61,386 bases of DNA, taken from contig JAZDFI010000009.1 in the NCBI GenBank assembly GCA_043808015.1, positions 1 through 61,386 on the forward strand. The letters run 5' to 3'. The first letter of the stretch is position 1. Every line of letters begins with the position of its first letter. Shown here in pieces: positions 18,066 through 27,888 of the stretch. The stretch is from Candidatus Aenigmatarchaeota archaeon (GTDB lineage: Archaea > Aenigmatarchaeota > Aenigmatarchaeia > QMZP01 > QMZT01). The notes under the pieces are model-generated. The model made no database searches and was not told where the DNA came from. It saw nothing but the letters and a program-made list of their open reading frames with translations. Both the position numbers and the translations under genes were made by a program.

Positions 18066-18752
18066 CTAGCGCAACAGACTTTTTATGCCGCTTTCGTGCG
18101 CAGCCCCTATCACGCAGACCGTTTTCGGAAACCTTGAAGACAGCTCCCGCAGGTTTTTCGCCATCACGGCGTTGCGCTCGCTGACCAGTATGCGGTAGAA
18201 GCCCGGCAGCTCGTTCTCGAGGAACGTCATGGCGTCTTTTATCAGTTTTCCCGGAGGCAGCCTGTCGAGGTCTATTTTCTCATTTTTGCCAAGCGGTGCG
18301 GCGATGCCTATGACGGCCATGACCAGAAGCCGCAGCAGCTTCAGCTTCTCCGCAGCCGGCAGCTTTTTTATCTTGTAGAAAGTGGCGCCTATGGGCTGGT
18401 CTATGAGGGCGACTGTGATGCCATTCGCTTTGGACGCCTCGACTGCCGCGAGCATGTCCGATCCTGGCAGTATGCCCGTCCTGCTGCCCAGATAATCCTG
18501 CAGCTTCTTCATTATCCAGAAGAGAGCGAATGTCGATACTCCAAGCAACCGGACGGTTTCGAGCGTATTCTTCGACTGCTGCATGCTAAGCGCGTGATAT
18601 CTGCCCGCGTCCAGCTCTATCGCTACGCAGTCCGGCCGTTCCTGCGCTATCGCTTTCTTTACGTGGTTTACGCTTTCCCCGGCAATATGCGAAGTGGGCA
18701 CGAATATTATGATGCCATTCTTTACCTCACGTTCATCCATGAAAACGCCCAT
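18066..18752 (-). CDS. TraB/GumN family protein
   Basis: It has the signature IIFVPTSHIAGESVNHVKKAIAQERPDCVAIELD. The track ORF extends to 18857, but the likely starts are the ATG at 18752 or 18740. Confidence 0.75.
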   Translation of the reverse strand: MGVFMDEREVKNGIIIFVPTSHIAGESVNHVKKAIAQERPDCVAIELDAGRYHALSMQQSKNTLETVRLLGVSTFALFWIMKKLQDYLGSRTGILPGSDMLAAVEASKANGITVALIDQPIGATFYKIKKLPAAEKLKLLRLLVMAVIGIAAPLGKNEKIDLDRLPPGKLIKDAMTFLENELPGFYRILVSERNAVMAKNLRELSSRFPKTVCVIGAAHESGIKSLLR

Positions 18753-18787
18753 AAAACGAATATAAAACGAGCGTCCAAATAAATAGC

Positions 18788-19357
18788 ATGAAACTGCCAT
18801 TGACCGGGGAAAAGCCCGAAAGCGACGGGCACCATCACACGGCCATGACAAAGCCATGCGATAGTGAGATGTCTGTTTTTGAGAACCGCCTTAAGGAACT
18901 GGTCAGGCAGAAGAGCGACGCCAGAATTCTCATACTGGGATGCAGCCCCGAGCTGCGCGAGCTCGCCGCCAGGATGAACATTCGGGCGACCGTCATAGCG
19001 AACGACCTCGAGGTCATAGAAAGGACGAGCAAGCTCATGAAGAAAAAGAACAAGGCCGAGGAGTGGCTGGAGGGGGACATCATCAGGCTGCCCCTGAAAA
19101 AGGCGAGCTTCGACATGATTTTCAGCGACCATATTCTATCGAATGTCGCTCCTTTCAACACGGAAAAGTTCTACGAGAGGATGAAAGACATCCTGAAGAA
19201 TGACGGCTCAGTCGTCATGCGCTCGCTCGTATTCAGCAAGACCGCAAAGCTTTTCGAGAGCCGGCTGACGAAATACTTCGACATAGTCGAAAAGAAGTTC
19301 GCCAAGACAGGCGTTTTCGCGGACTATTTCCCGATATACTCGATGAAACCCAAGTGA
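18788..19357 (+). CDS. class I SAM-dependent methyltransferase
   Basis: 189 aa with a motif I-like ILILGCSPEL and the post-I/II segments ASFDMIFSDHILSNV. The start is uncertain, with in-frame ATGs at 18845 and 18869. Confidence 0.6.
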   Translation: MKLPLTGEKPESDGHHHTAMTKPCDSEMSVFENRLKELVRQKSDARILILGCSPELRELAARMNIRATVIANDLEVIERTSKLMKKKNKAEEWLEGDIIRLPLKKASFDMIFSDHILSNVAPFNTEKFYERMKDILKNDGSVVMRSLVFSKTAKLFESRLTKYFDIVEKKFAKTGVFADYFPIYSMKPK

Positions 19358-19366
19358 ACCGTGTTT

Positions 19367-20080
19367 TTAGAACAGCAGCACGACGAGCAGCGACAGCACT
19401 ATCATGTTGCCGAAATCGGCAATTGATGTCGTTATGGGTATCAGGAAGTTGTTGGGGTCCTCGCCTTTCCTGAAAAAATGAATGCCGGCGAGGACTGCTA
19501 CGACGAACAGGGCGCTTACCAGTATGATAACATCCAGTACGGTTATCGCAATGATTCTGAACATGAGTCCGGCATCGAATGCAAGCGATGAAAAGGAATA
19601 TATCGCCAACGCAGCGGCGGAGCTGAAAACGGCGGTGAAAAGCGATATTAGCATTAGCTGGAGGAACAGCTTTCTCAGCTCGGGGTTATCCCACCATTTG
19701 CTTTTGATCTTTCCCTCGTGCAGCAGCGTTGAAAATTTGGAAGAGATCACGGTGCCGTAATTGCCTATCATATCATTGAGAACGGGCAGCAGTATGAGCA
19801 GCGGCACGATGGCTATGAAAGTCGTTTTTATGTTTTCAATAGCCAGGCCGCCGAATGAACTTATGAGCGAAGCGACCAGCAGGACGCGTATGCTTTCCCT
19901 GATTATGGTCTTGGGTACGTTGGAGTGCGGCCCGTACTCCTTTACGTAGAAAAGCGTCTTCTTGGATATGTTGTGCTTTTTGTGTATCGCGTGTATGAGC
20001 GGATGGTAGTGCTGCCTCTTCAGAAGCCGCAGCTTCTGCAGATGCCTGTGGGCCGGATGGCGTTTTCTGGCGTGTGTCAT
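19367..20080 (-). CDS. MgtE-type divalent cation transporter domain protein
   Basis: 237-aa membrane protein with NDMIGNYGTVISSKFST and GEDPNNFLIPITTSIADFGNM, which are MgtE C-terminal domain signatures. It overlaps its upstream paralogue by 4 nt (ATGA). Confidence 0.7.
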   Translation of the reverse strand: MTHARKRHPAHRHLQKLRLLKRQHYHPLIHAIHKKHNISKKTLFYVKEYGPHSNVPKTIIRESIRVLLVASLISSFGGLAIENIKTTFIAIVPLLILLPVLNDMIGNYGTVISSKFSTLLHEGKIKSKWWDNPELRKLFLQLMLISLFTAVFSSAAALAIYSFSSLAFDAGLMFRIIAITVLDVIILVSALFVVAVLAGIHFFRKGEDPNNFLIPITTSIADFGNMIVLSLLVVLLF

Positions 20081-20622
20081 GTCATCACCAATATGGCGAC
20101 CAGCAGCGATATTATGCTGGTTATGTCGCCGGTCGACGTCACTATGGTTCCCATTATATTGTTGGGGTCGTGCCCCTTTCTGAAGAGGTAGAAAGTCATG
20201 AAAAGCGTGAGGGGGATTTCAATGGCATTCGCTATCACTCCGGCAATGACCGGCAGTAACAGCAGTTTTATGACAATTATGTTAAACGCCATGTAGGTGA
20301 AAATGAATGCCAAGATGCCGATCACGGATGTCAGCACCAGAACCATCGCAAAGGACGCTATCATGTTCCCCCTGGTCAGCCTGGTGTTGAGCTTGTCCGG
20401 GTTCACGACTCCCAGGAAAAGGCCCGAGCTGAGGCGGCATGCGAAGGAGCCGCTTATGTTGCCCCTCATCTCGAGAAAACCTGGCAGGATGATGAGCATG
20501 CCTGGTATAAGCAGTATCTGGTCTGTATACAATGCCAGAATGGTTCCTGCCACGAGGCCTATTATCACTGACACTGTCTGGGATGAAAGGATCTCCCTGA
20601 AGTCCTTGTCGAAAAATCCCAT
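20077..20622 (-). CDS. MgtE-type divalent cation transporter domain protein (paralogue)
   Basis: 181 aa with GHDPNNIMGTIVTSTGDITSI. It is translationally coupled to the downstream paralogue. Confidence 0.7.
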   Translation of the reverse strand: MGFFDKDFREILSSQTVSVIIGLVAGTILALYTDQILLIPGMLIILPGFLEMRGNISGSFACRLSSGLFLGVVNPDKLNTRLTRGNMIASFAMVLVLTSVIGILAFIFTYMAFNIIVIKLLLLPVIAGVIANAIEIPLTLFMTFYLFRKGHDPNNIMGTIVTSTGDITSIISLLVAILVMT

Positions 20623-20702
20623 GATAATATCTTATGCAAAATCGCAATAAAAACAATTGCAGACCGTCAAAACCATTTTATTAGTTGATACAAATATTAA
20701 GC

Positions 20703-22042
20703 ATGGCATTGATGAAGAGCAGGTTCCTCGCAGAGGATGTGAAGCCCGGCAAAGTCGTGAACGCGCTGGCGAACCATATTCTCGTCGACGGGTTCCACGT
20801 CGTAGTCGATTTGAAACGTTCGCATGGCAGCTACATGGTCGACGCGCGAAACGGGAAGAAGTATCTTGACATGTACACGTACTTCGCGACGCTGCCCATA
20901 GGCCACAACCACCCGAAAATGTTCGACAAACGCTTTCTGCGCGAGCTGCAGGCGGCCGCGCTCGAGAACCCGGCGAACTCGGACGTTTATACCGACTCGT
21001 TCGCCGGCTTCGTGGAGATTTTCACCAAATACGCAAAGCCGCGCCATATGAAGCACATGTTCTTCATAGCCGGCGGAGCGCTCGCCGTCGAGAACGCGCT
21101 CAAGACGGCGATGGACTGGAAGATACGCAAGAACATCGCCGCGGGCGTGAAAGGCGAGAAAGGCTCGCAGGTCATGCATTTCAAGGAAGCCTTCCATGGC
21201 CGCAGCGGATACACGCTTTCGCTGACTAATACGGCCGAGACCAAGATAAAATACTTCCCTAAGTTCAAGTGGCCGCGCATCATCAATCCCAAGCTGAGCT
21301 TCCCCGTGACGCGCGAAGTCCTCTGCGACGTCATAAAGACCGAGCAGAAAGCTCTGGCCCAGATTAACTCAGCGCTCAAACGCCATGGCAGGGACATATG
21401 CGGCCTGATAATAGAGCCGATACAGGGCGAGGGAGGCGAGAACCACTTCCGCAAGGAATTCTTCCAGGACCTCGAATCCGTATGCAGAAAGAACGACATC
21501 ATGTTCATCGTCGACGAGGTACAGACCGGCCTTGGCGCGACGGGCAAGTGGTGGGCCCACGAGCATTACGGAGTGGAGCCGGACATAATAGCCTTCGGCA
21601 AGAAGACCCAGGTCTGCGGCATAATGGCGAATGCGAGAGTCGATGAAGTCAAGGACAACGTGTTCCACGTTTCCAGCAGGATAAATTCCACATGGGGCGG
21701 CAACCTTGTCGACATGGTGCGCGGCAAGCGCTATATAGAAATCATGGTAGAGGACAAGCTGCTGAAAAACGCGGAAAAGATGGGCAAGTATTTCATGAAG
21801 CGGCTGAACGAGCTCGACGAAAGGCGCGACGACATTTCGAACGTGCGCGGCCTCGGCTGCATGCTGGCCTCGAGATGCCGGACGAAAAAGCGAGAGACCG
21901 CCTGCGCATGCGCTGCTGGAAGAACGGGCTCGCCGTCCTTTCGTCTTGGCCCCGGTCGATACGCTTCCGCCCGCCGATGACCGTAAACATGGAAGAGATA
22001 GATGAAGCGATAGAGAAGCTCGAGATGTCGCTCAAGAAATAA
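20703..22042 (+). pseudogene. class-III aminotransferase (L-lysine 6-transaminase-like) interrupted by a 1-nt frameshift near 21867-21870
   Basis: The frame starting at 20703 carries EPIQGEGGENHF and IVDEVQTGLGATGKWW. After ...VRGLGCMLA it degenerates into an Arg/Cys/Ala-rich tail. The family-typical C-terminus (L/F)EMPDEKARDRLRMRCWKNGLAVL...SIRFRPPMTVNMEEIDEAI continues in the frame of ORF 21692..22042. Confidence 0.75.
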
Positions 22043-22053
22043 AAAACAACACG

Positions 22054-23484
22054 CTACTTTTTCTTCTTTGATTTGGCCTGCTTCAGGTCAACGTATTCAT
22101 CTTCCAGTTTTTTGGGAGGCTCTTTCTTTTCCTCATCGAAGTCGTCCAGCTTGGCGTCGTGGAACTTTTCCTCCGGCTTTACCTTATTGTCTTCCTTGTT
22201 TTTCTTATCTTCTTCATCATCTTCGTACTTGTCGAGGGATTTGGTTCCCGTATTGTGAATCCTCTTGGAACTCATTACGCTGGCCACTATCGTGGAGAAC
22301 AGTATGGAGAAGAATATCACCAGGAATATTATGTTCACCAGCTGGTTGCCTACCTCAGGCGCGCCTACCTTGGTCAGGACCGCGGCGACTATCGGCACCA
22401 TGGCAGCCGATGAAAGTCCCCTCGGAGCGATGAAGCTCATCACTATCAGGTCCTTCTTGCTCAGATGCGATCTCATTTTGCCCAGGACGGGTATGAGGAA
22501 TATGGGCCTTGACACGAACACCACAAGGAAAAGCAGGAATCCCAGCCCTATCTGCACGAGGTCGAAAGGTAACATGACCTGCGCACCGAAAAGCGTGAAG
22601 ACCGCTATCCTAAGCATTTCTGAAAGCTGGTTCTCGAACCCGCTGACGTGCTCCTTGTCCTCGTCTTTGAGTATCAGGTTACCGCTGAAAAGGCCGCATA
22701 TGGCCACCGCCAGTATGCCGGACCCGCCGACGTTCTCGGCGAGCGCATAAGTGATTAGCGCTATCGAGAAGAGCAGCAGAGGGCTGTACTCTCTGAGCAT
22801 GCCTTTTATCAGCTTGCCAATACCCAGCGCGACCACTATGCCTGTCCCTATGCCGGCGACTATCATAAGCCAGAACTGGCTGAGATATTTAAGCGGCTCT
22901 ATGAGGGCGCCGGGCTGTATTAGAACCATGTCGAGGAAAATGAGCGGGACAAGAATCGTGAGAGGCGAGTTGAGGATGGCCTCTATCTTTATGATGGTGA
23001 CCGATTCCTTGAACTTCGAAAGCGAGCGCTCGAAGACGCCTATGACGTCGCCTTCGGTCCCGCTAAGCACTGCCGCCAGCAGGAAAGCGAAAACTGGCTC
23101 AAGTCCCAGCATGAAATGCGCGACCAGGCCTATGAAGGCCGTGTTGAAAATGACCCCGATGAAGGCGAGATTTACGGACACGTCCGACACGCGCTTGAAG
23201 ACTCTCCAGCTCAGGTTGAACGTGCCGGTGAAGACTATGAGTATCAGCGCAAGCGTTCGGAGGAAGTCCGGAACCGAGCCCATGGCGCTGACGTCGACCA
23301 GTTTTATGTCCACGTACTGGGTCACGAACGGGTTCATGAACACGGTCGGTCCGAGGGCCAGACCCAGCAGCAGAAGGAAAAGCGTGTCGGGGATGTTGTA
23401 TTTTTTTAGAAGGTTCGCAAGCAGCACGCCGAAGCCGAGCAGGAAAGCGAAGTATGTCATCGTCAGCGTGATGTCAAATGCCAT
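22054..23484 (-). CDS. monovalent cation:proton antiporter (CPA1/NhaP-like) with a charged C-terminal tail
   Basis: 476 aa with about 12 hydrophobic segments, followed by a Lys/Asp/Glu-rich tail (DDEEDKKNKEDNKVKPEEK...). Confidence 0.8.
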   Translation of the reverse strand: MAFDITLTMTYFAFLLGFGVLLANLLKKYNIPDTLFLLLLGLALGPTVFMNPFVTQYVDIKLVDVSAMGSVPDFLRTLALILIVFTGTFNLSWRVFKRVSDVSVNLAFIGVIFNTAFIGLVAHFMLGLEPVFAFLLAAVLSGTEGDVIGVFERSLSKFKESVTIIKIEAILNSPLTILVPLIFLDMVLIQPGALIEPLKYLSQFWLMIVAGIGTGIVVALGIGKLIKGMLREYSPLLLFSIALITYALAENVGGSGILAVAICGLFSGNLILKDEDKEHVSGFENQLSEMLRIAVFTLFGAQVMLPFDLVQIGLGFLLFLVVFVSRPIFLIPVLGKMRSHLSKKDLIVMSFIAPRGLSSAAMVPIVAAVLTKVGAPEVGNQLVNIIFLVIFFSILFSTIVASVMSSKRIHNTGTKSLDKYEDDEEDKKNKEDNKVKPEEKFHDAKLDDFDEEKKEPPKKLEDEYVDLKQAKSKKKK

Positions 23485-23532
23485 GATTATATTTCGAACG
23501 GCTTAAATAAATCCTTTTGCGAAAAATAGAGC

Positions 23533-24495
23533 ATGGCTATGAAAATGGACCGTGCGACTGAGGCGCAACTGAGACAGGCGAAGTACGGCGTGTTCAACCA
23601 CTCGGCCGTCCAGATTTGCTCGTGGACCAAGAAGAGCCTGCACGGCGAAGGCGTATGTTACAAACAGCAGTTCTATGGCATCGATACGCATCGTTGCATG
23701 GAATTCTCGCCGGCCGCCGCGCTGTGCGAGAACAACTGCATCTTCTGCTGGAGGCCCATGGAGTTCATGCGCTTCAGGCAGATGAAAACAAGCGAAGCGA
23801 ACGAACCGGAAGAGATATACGAAAACCTGCTTGAAGAGAGAAGGAAGCTGCTTTCAGGATATCCGGGTGACGGCATGACGGACCTGAAGAAGCATGCGGA
23901 ATCGCTTGTTCCCTCGCATTTCGCCATCTCGCTGTCAGGCGAGCCGACGCTTTATCCAAAACTACCGCAGCTCGTCAAATTCCTGAAGGCATTGCCGCAG
24001 ACGAAGTCGATATTCGTCGTCACGAACGGCCAGGAGCCTGCCGTGCTGGCCAAGCTGGCGAAATCGCCGCCGACACAGCTATACATATCAGTGAACGCGC
24101 CGAACAGGGCGCTGTTCGCGAAAATAAACAGGCCTGTCCGCAAGGATGCGTGGACACGTTTTCTCCGCTCGCTGGATGTCATGAGCAAAATGAAGACGCG
24201 GCGTGTGCTGCGATTGACCATGATAAAGGGCATGAACATGGATGACAGGTTCCTGGATGACTATGTCAGTATTATACATAAGGCGAAGCCGCATTTTGTC
24301 GAAGTGAAGGCCTACATGTTCGTCGGCTTCTCGAAGCGTCGCCTGAAGATAGAGAACATGCCCTTTCACAGCGACGTACGCGCCTTCGCCGAGAAGCTGG
24401 CCGCTGCTTCGGGATTTGACATAGCCGATGAAAAGCAGGATTCGCGCATAGTGCTGCTCTCAAATCCGAAATTGGCCAAGCATCTAATTATTTAA
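23533..24495 (+). CDS. taw1: tRNA 4-demethylwyosine synthase (radical SAM, Taw1/TYW1)
   Basis: 320 aa with the radical-SAM cluster CENNCIFCWRP, preceded by CSWTKKSLHGEGVCYKQQFYGI, which is typical of Taw1. Confidence 0.85.
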   Translation: MAMKMDRATEAQLRQAKYGVFNHSAVQICSWTKKSLHGEGVCYKQQFYGIDTHRCMEFSPAAALCENNCIFCWRPMEFMRFRQMKTSEANEPEEIYENLLEERRKLLSGYPGDGMTDLKKHAESLVPSHFAISLSGEPTLYPKLPQLVKFLKALPQTKSIFVVTNGQEPAVLAKLAKSPPTQLYISVNAPNRALFAKINRPVRKDAWTRFLRSLDVMSKMKTRRVLRLTMIKGMNMDDRFLDDYVSIIHKAKPHFVEVKAYMFVGFSKRRLKIENMPFHSDVRAFAEKLAAASGFDIADEKQDSRIVLLSNPKLAKHLII

Positions 24496-24518
24496 AAACA
24501 CAAATCCATAATCAAAAC

Positions 24519-25025
24519 ATGCCACTCGCTTCTTATACAAGATATATAGGAATAATTCTCGTCATAGTAGGCATTGCAAACTTCATAATAATGTACAACT
24601 TTTCGATAGAGATGATACAACTGATAGACAGCGAACATGGCACCTCTTGCATGACTTTCGAGGGTTGCCCACACATCGCGGTCCTTAACCAGGCATACGT
24701 CGGTTACGGCCTATCTGCGGCAGTCCTGATCATAGGCCTTTTGATGACGATTTTCGGCGGCTGCAGGCTCGAAGAAAAGCCTGCGCCCGAGAAAGCCAGC
24801 CAGAAGAAAGGCAAGTGGGAAGAAGCGCTTCGCACGCTGACAGGCGACGAGAAGCTGGTTTACGAAAAAATCATGGCATCCGACGGCGTGATATTCCAGA
24901 GCGACCTCGTCGAGAAATCAGGCTTCCCCAAAGCCAAGGTGTCGCGCATCCTCGACCGGATGGAAGCGAGCGGCCTGGTCGAGCGCAAACGACGCGGCAT
25001 GTCGAACGCGATCGTTCTTAAGTGA
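24519..25025 (+). CDS. membrane-anchored winged-helix transcriptional regulator
   Basis: 168 aa with two N-terminal TM helices flanking a Cys/His loop (HGTSCMTFEGCPH). The C-terminal wHTH is VYEKIMASDGVIFQSDLVEKSGFPKAKVSRILDRMEASGLVERKRRG. Confidence 0.6.
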   Translation: MPLASYTRYIGIILVIVGIANFIIMYNFSIEMIQLIDSEHGTSCMTFEGCPHIAVLNQAYVGYGLSAAVLIIGLLMTIFGGCRLEEKPAPEKASQKKGKWEEALRTLTGDEKLVYEKIMASDGVIFQSDLVEKSGFPKAKVSRILDRMEASGLVERKRRGMSNAIVLK

Positions 25026-25054
25026 CGCCCGCAGAAAAGATAAACGCGAATCTT

Positions 25055-25939
25055 TTAATGGCAATGCTTGTTTTTGCCTTCAACGCACCTGTCGCATTCA
25101 GATTGTATCGTCGTGTGCGTTATTTTGTATTTTTTTTTCAGCATCTCGTTTATCCTGGAAACGATGGCATTAAGCGACTTCACGTCCTTCGCGTCTATGA
25201 GCACGTGCGAGTTTAACGCATATACGTCGGACGAGATGCACCACACGTGCAGGTCGTGCACCTCTTTGACGCCCTTTATTTTCGCCATGTCCTTTGACAG
25301 CCGGTTCAGGTCGACTCCCGCAGGCACGGCTTCCATGAGTATGTTAGCAGATTCGCGTATGAGCCGCAGGCTGCTGAAAAGTATGAATATCCCTATGATC
25401 ACGCTTATCAGCGGGTCGAACACGTAGTTGCCCGTGATGAAGATGAGCACGCCCGCGACGACGACCCCGACAGAAGAGAGCGTATCCGTCAGCACGTGCA
25501 GGTATGCGCCGCGGATGTTGAGGTTCCCTCTTTCATAATCCTGCATCTTTATGACCACGTAAAGGTTCGCCATAAGGCCGGCAATCGATATCAGCAGCAT
25601 CTCAGGACCTTTGACCGGCTCAGGCGTAAGGAAGCGCAGGTAGGCCTGGTAGAAGATGAATATGGTTATGAAAATGAGCACCAGGCCGTTCACCACGGCG
25701 CTCAGTATCTCGGCCCTGTAGTAGCCGAACGTGAACTTGCCGGTCGATGCCCTTTTCGAAAGCTGCAACGCGAAGTACGCCAGCAGCAGCGCGAGCAGGT
25801 CGATGAGCACGTGGCCCGCGTCGCTCAGCAGTGCGAGGCTGTTCGTGAACACGCCGCCAACGACCTCGAGTAGCAGGACCAGCGACGAAAGGAGAATGAA
25901 AACCCTGAACTTCTTCTGCAGGATTTCTCGTGATATCAT
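25055..25939 (-). CDS. cation diffusion facilitator (CzcD/ZitB-like) metal efflux transporter
   Basis: It has the TM-domain motif HVLTDTLSSVGVVVAG and a C-terminal domain with HDLHVWCISSD. The track ORF extends to 26074, but the ATG at 25937-25939 (MISREILQKKF) matches the normal family N-terminus. Confidence 0.85.
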   Translation of the reverse strand: MISREILQKKFRVFILLSSLVLLLEVVGGVFTNSLALLSDAGHVLIDLLALLLAYFALQLSKRASTGKFTFGYYRAEILSAVVNGLVLIFITIFIFYQAYLRFLTPEPVKGPEMLLISIAGLMANLYVVIKMQDYERGNLNIRGAYLHVLTDTLSSVGVVVAGVLIFITGNYVFDPLISVIIGIFILFSSLRLIRESANILMEAVPAGVDLNRLSKDMAKIKGVKEVHDLHVWCISSDVYALNSHVLIDAKDVKSLNAIVSRINEMLKKKYKITHTTIQSECDRCVEGKNKHCH

Positions 25940-26057
25940 ATATAGTGTTTGGTCGAGGCCGGCTATAAAACTGATTTGTGAAACCAGTCCGCAACTACCT
26001 GCAACTAGCTCTGGAATTGGTTTCACACAAGGGGTTATATGCCGTTCCAGACAAGGA

Positions 26058-26240
26058 ATGCGCATGAAATGCATGGTCTGTGGAAAAGCGCTGGTCGATT
26101 ACGCCCTGATAGGCAAGAAGAACGACATGGAAGTCGCGTTCTGCACCGAGCACATTCCGGATTGCACGGCATGCGACTCATGCGACCTTCGATGTGTTCG
26201 TTGCAGCATGAAAATAAAGGCGAAAGTCGTTAGCGAATGA
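26058..26240 (+). CDS. small Cys-rich protein (10 Cys in 60 aa)
   Basis: The sequence is MRMKCMVCGKALVDYALIGKKNDMEVAFCTEHIPDCTACDSCDLRCVRCSMKIKAKVVSE. It is the only plausible part of track ORF 25731..26240. Its stop overlaps (ATGA) the upstream alternative start of the next gene. Confidence 0.35.
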   Translation: MRMKCMVCGKALVDYALIGKKNDMEVAFCTEHIPDCTACDSCDLRCVRCSMKIKAKVVSE

Positions 26241-26287
26241 GCTGGCTCGCGAGAGCTGAATATTTCAAAGTTCAAAGGAGTGATAGT

Positions 26288-27826
26288 ATGAAAACGGAGA
26301 AGATAAAAATCAAAGGCATGCACTGCACGAGCTGCGAGGAAGTGATAGAGAAGCAGGTGCTGAAAATCGACGGCGTAAAGGCATGCAAGGCCGATTACGC
26401 CAAGCAAAGCGTCGTCGTAACGTTTGACGAGAGCAAGACGGACATCGGCGAAATCAAAGGAAAGATAGAGGAGAAGCAGTACGAATGCGATTCGTCCTGC
26501 GATAATGATGCCCGGCCCAAAAGCGCCAGCGCAAGCACCGGAATATCGCGATTCAAGCCGGCAATCCTCACGCTCGCGCTGGTCGCTGTCCTTTTCGGAG
26601 GCTACCAGCTGGTCCAGGGATTCGCGGTCTTCGACCTGCCAACCATAGGCGGACCCGCGTCGCTGGCGTTGTTATTCGGCATCGGATTACTGACGGGGTT
26701 CCACTGCGTCGGCATGTGCGGCGGGTTCGTAATGTCCTACGCTGCGAAGCCGGCCGCCGGAAGGAAAAACCTCAACGTATATTCACATATACAATACGGG
26801 ACGGGCAAGCTCATCAGCTACACTGTGATAGGGGCGTTGTTCGGCCTGATAGGCACGATTTTCGTCTTCACCCCGCTGCTGAAGGGAGCGGCATCTATAT
26901 TCGCAGGTTTGTTCCTGATAATATTCGGCATAAACATGCTGAACGTATTCCCGCAGCTCAGGAAAGCGCGCCTGCCTATGCCTAAATTCATATCGAGGTT
27001 CGTGTTCGCGAACAGCGATAAACAGCGACGACCGCTAGCGACGGGCCTGCTCAACGGCCTGATGATAGCATGCGGCCCGTTGCAGGCGCTTTATATCTAC
27101 GCTGCCGGCACGGGAAGCGTCGCTAGCGGGGCGCTGGCGCTGTTCGCGTTCGGCCTCGGCACGCTACCGGTCATGTTCGGCTTCGGCATGTTCGCTTCAT
27201 ACGTAACCAAGGGAATGACGCGCAACATACTGAAGGCGTCTGGTTTGATAGTAATCGTACTAGGCCTGGTCATGCTTAACCGCGGGCTCGCCCTGACGGG
27301 AACGGGCTACGACCTTAACACAATGGCGGCGTCATTCATCCCGGTCGTCCAGGCGCAAGGCGCCACAAACAGCGCAGGCAACGGGGCTATCGCTAGTTCC
27401 GGCCAGTTCCAGGAAATAAGGATGAACGTGACAAGCGGAGGATGGGAGCCTGACAGGTTCGTGCTCAAAGCAGGCGTGCCGGTCAGATGGATAATCAACG
27501 GCGTGCAGATAACGAGCTGCAACAAAGCCATACAGGTCCCGAAGCTGGGCCTGCAGTTCGACATAAAGCAGGGCGAGCAGGTGATAGAGTTCACCCCGCC
27601 GAACGAGGATACGATTATACCTTGGAGCTGCTGGATGGGCATGATACAGGGGACGTTCATCGTAAAGACGAACATCGACCTCAGCAACCAGCAGCAGGTC
27701 CAGAGCGAGCTCAGTGCCGCCGGGCCAGCTAAGACCAGCGGCGGTAGTTGTGGCGGAGCGAACGGCGGCTCATGCGGCGGCAGCTGCGGCATGGCAAAGG
27801 GCGGCACATGCGGCTGCGGCGGATGA
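26288..27826 (+). CDS. fusion of an HMA domain, a TauE/SafE-like membrane domain and a cupredoxin-like domain
   Basis: The HMA motif is KIKGMHCTSCEEVIEK. The polytopic core carries GFHCVGMCGGFVMSY. The C-terminal beta domain (RFVLKAGVPVRWIINGVQITSCNKAIQVPKLG) is followed by a Gly/Cys tail GGSCGGANGGSCGGSCGMAKGGTCGCGG. An AAGGAG Shine-Dalgarno-like motif precedes ATG 26288, and the track start is 26237. Confidence 0.7.
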   Translation: MKTEKIKIKGMHCTSCEEVIEKQVLKIDGVKACKADYAKQSVVVTFDESKTDIGEIKGKIEEKQYECDSSCDNDARPKSASASTGISRFKPAILTLALVAVLFGGYQLVQGFAVFDLPTIGGPASLALLFGIGLLTGFHCVGMCGGFVMSYAAKPAAGRKNLNVYSHIQYGTGKLISYTVIGALFGLIGTIFVFTPLLKGAASIFAGLFLIIFGINMLNVFPQLRKARLPMPKFISRFVFANSDKQRRPLATGLLNGLMIACGPLQALYIYAAGTGSVASGALALFAFGLGTLPVMFGFGMFASYVTKGMTRNILKASGLIVIVLGLVMLNRGLALTGTGYDLNTMAASFIPVVQAQGATNSAGNGAIASSGQFQEIRMNVTSGGWEPDRFVLKAGVPVRWIINGVQITSCNKAIQVPKLGLQFDIKQGEQVIEFTPPNEDTIIPWSCWMGMIQGTFIVKTNIDLSNQQQVQSELSAAGPAKTSGGSCGGANGGSCGGSCGMAKGGTCGCGG

Positions 27827-27888
27827 AGCTGGCGGGAGACTGATGAAAAACAGTTTAAGACATCGAATCAAGATTCAAAGGTATTCGT

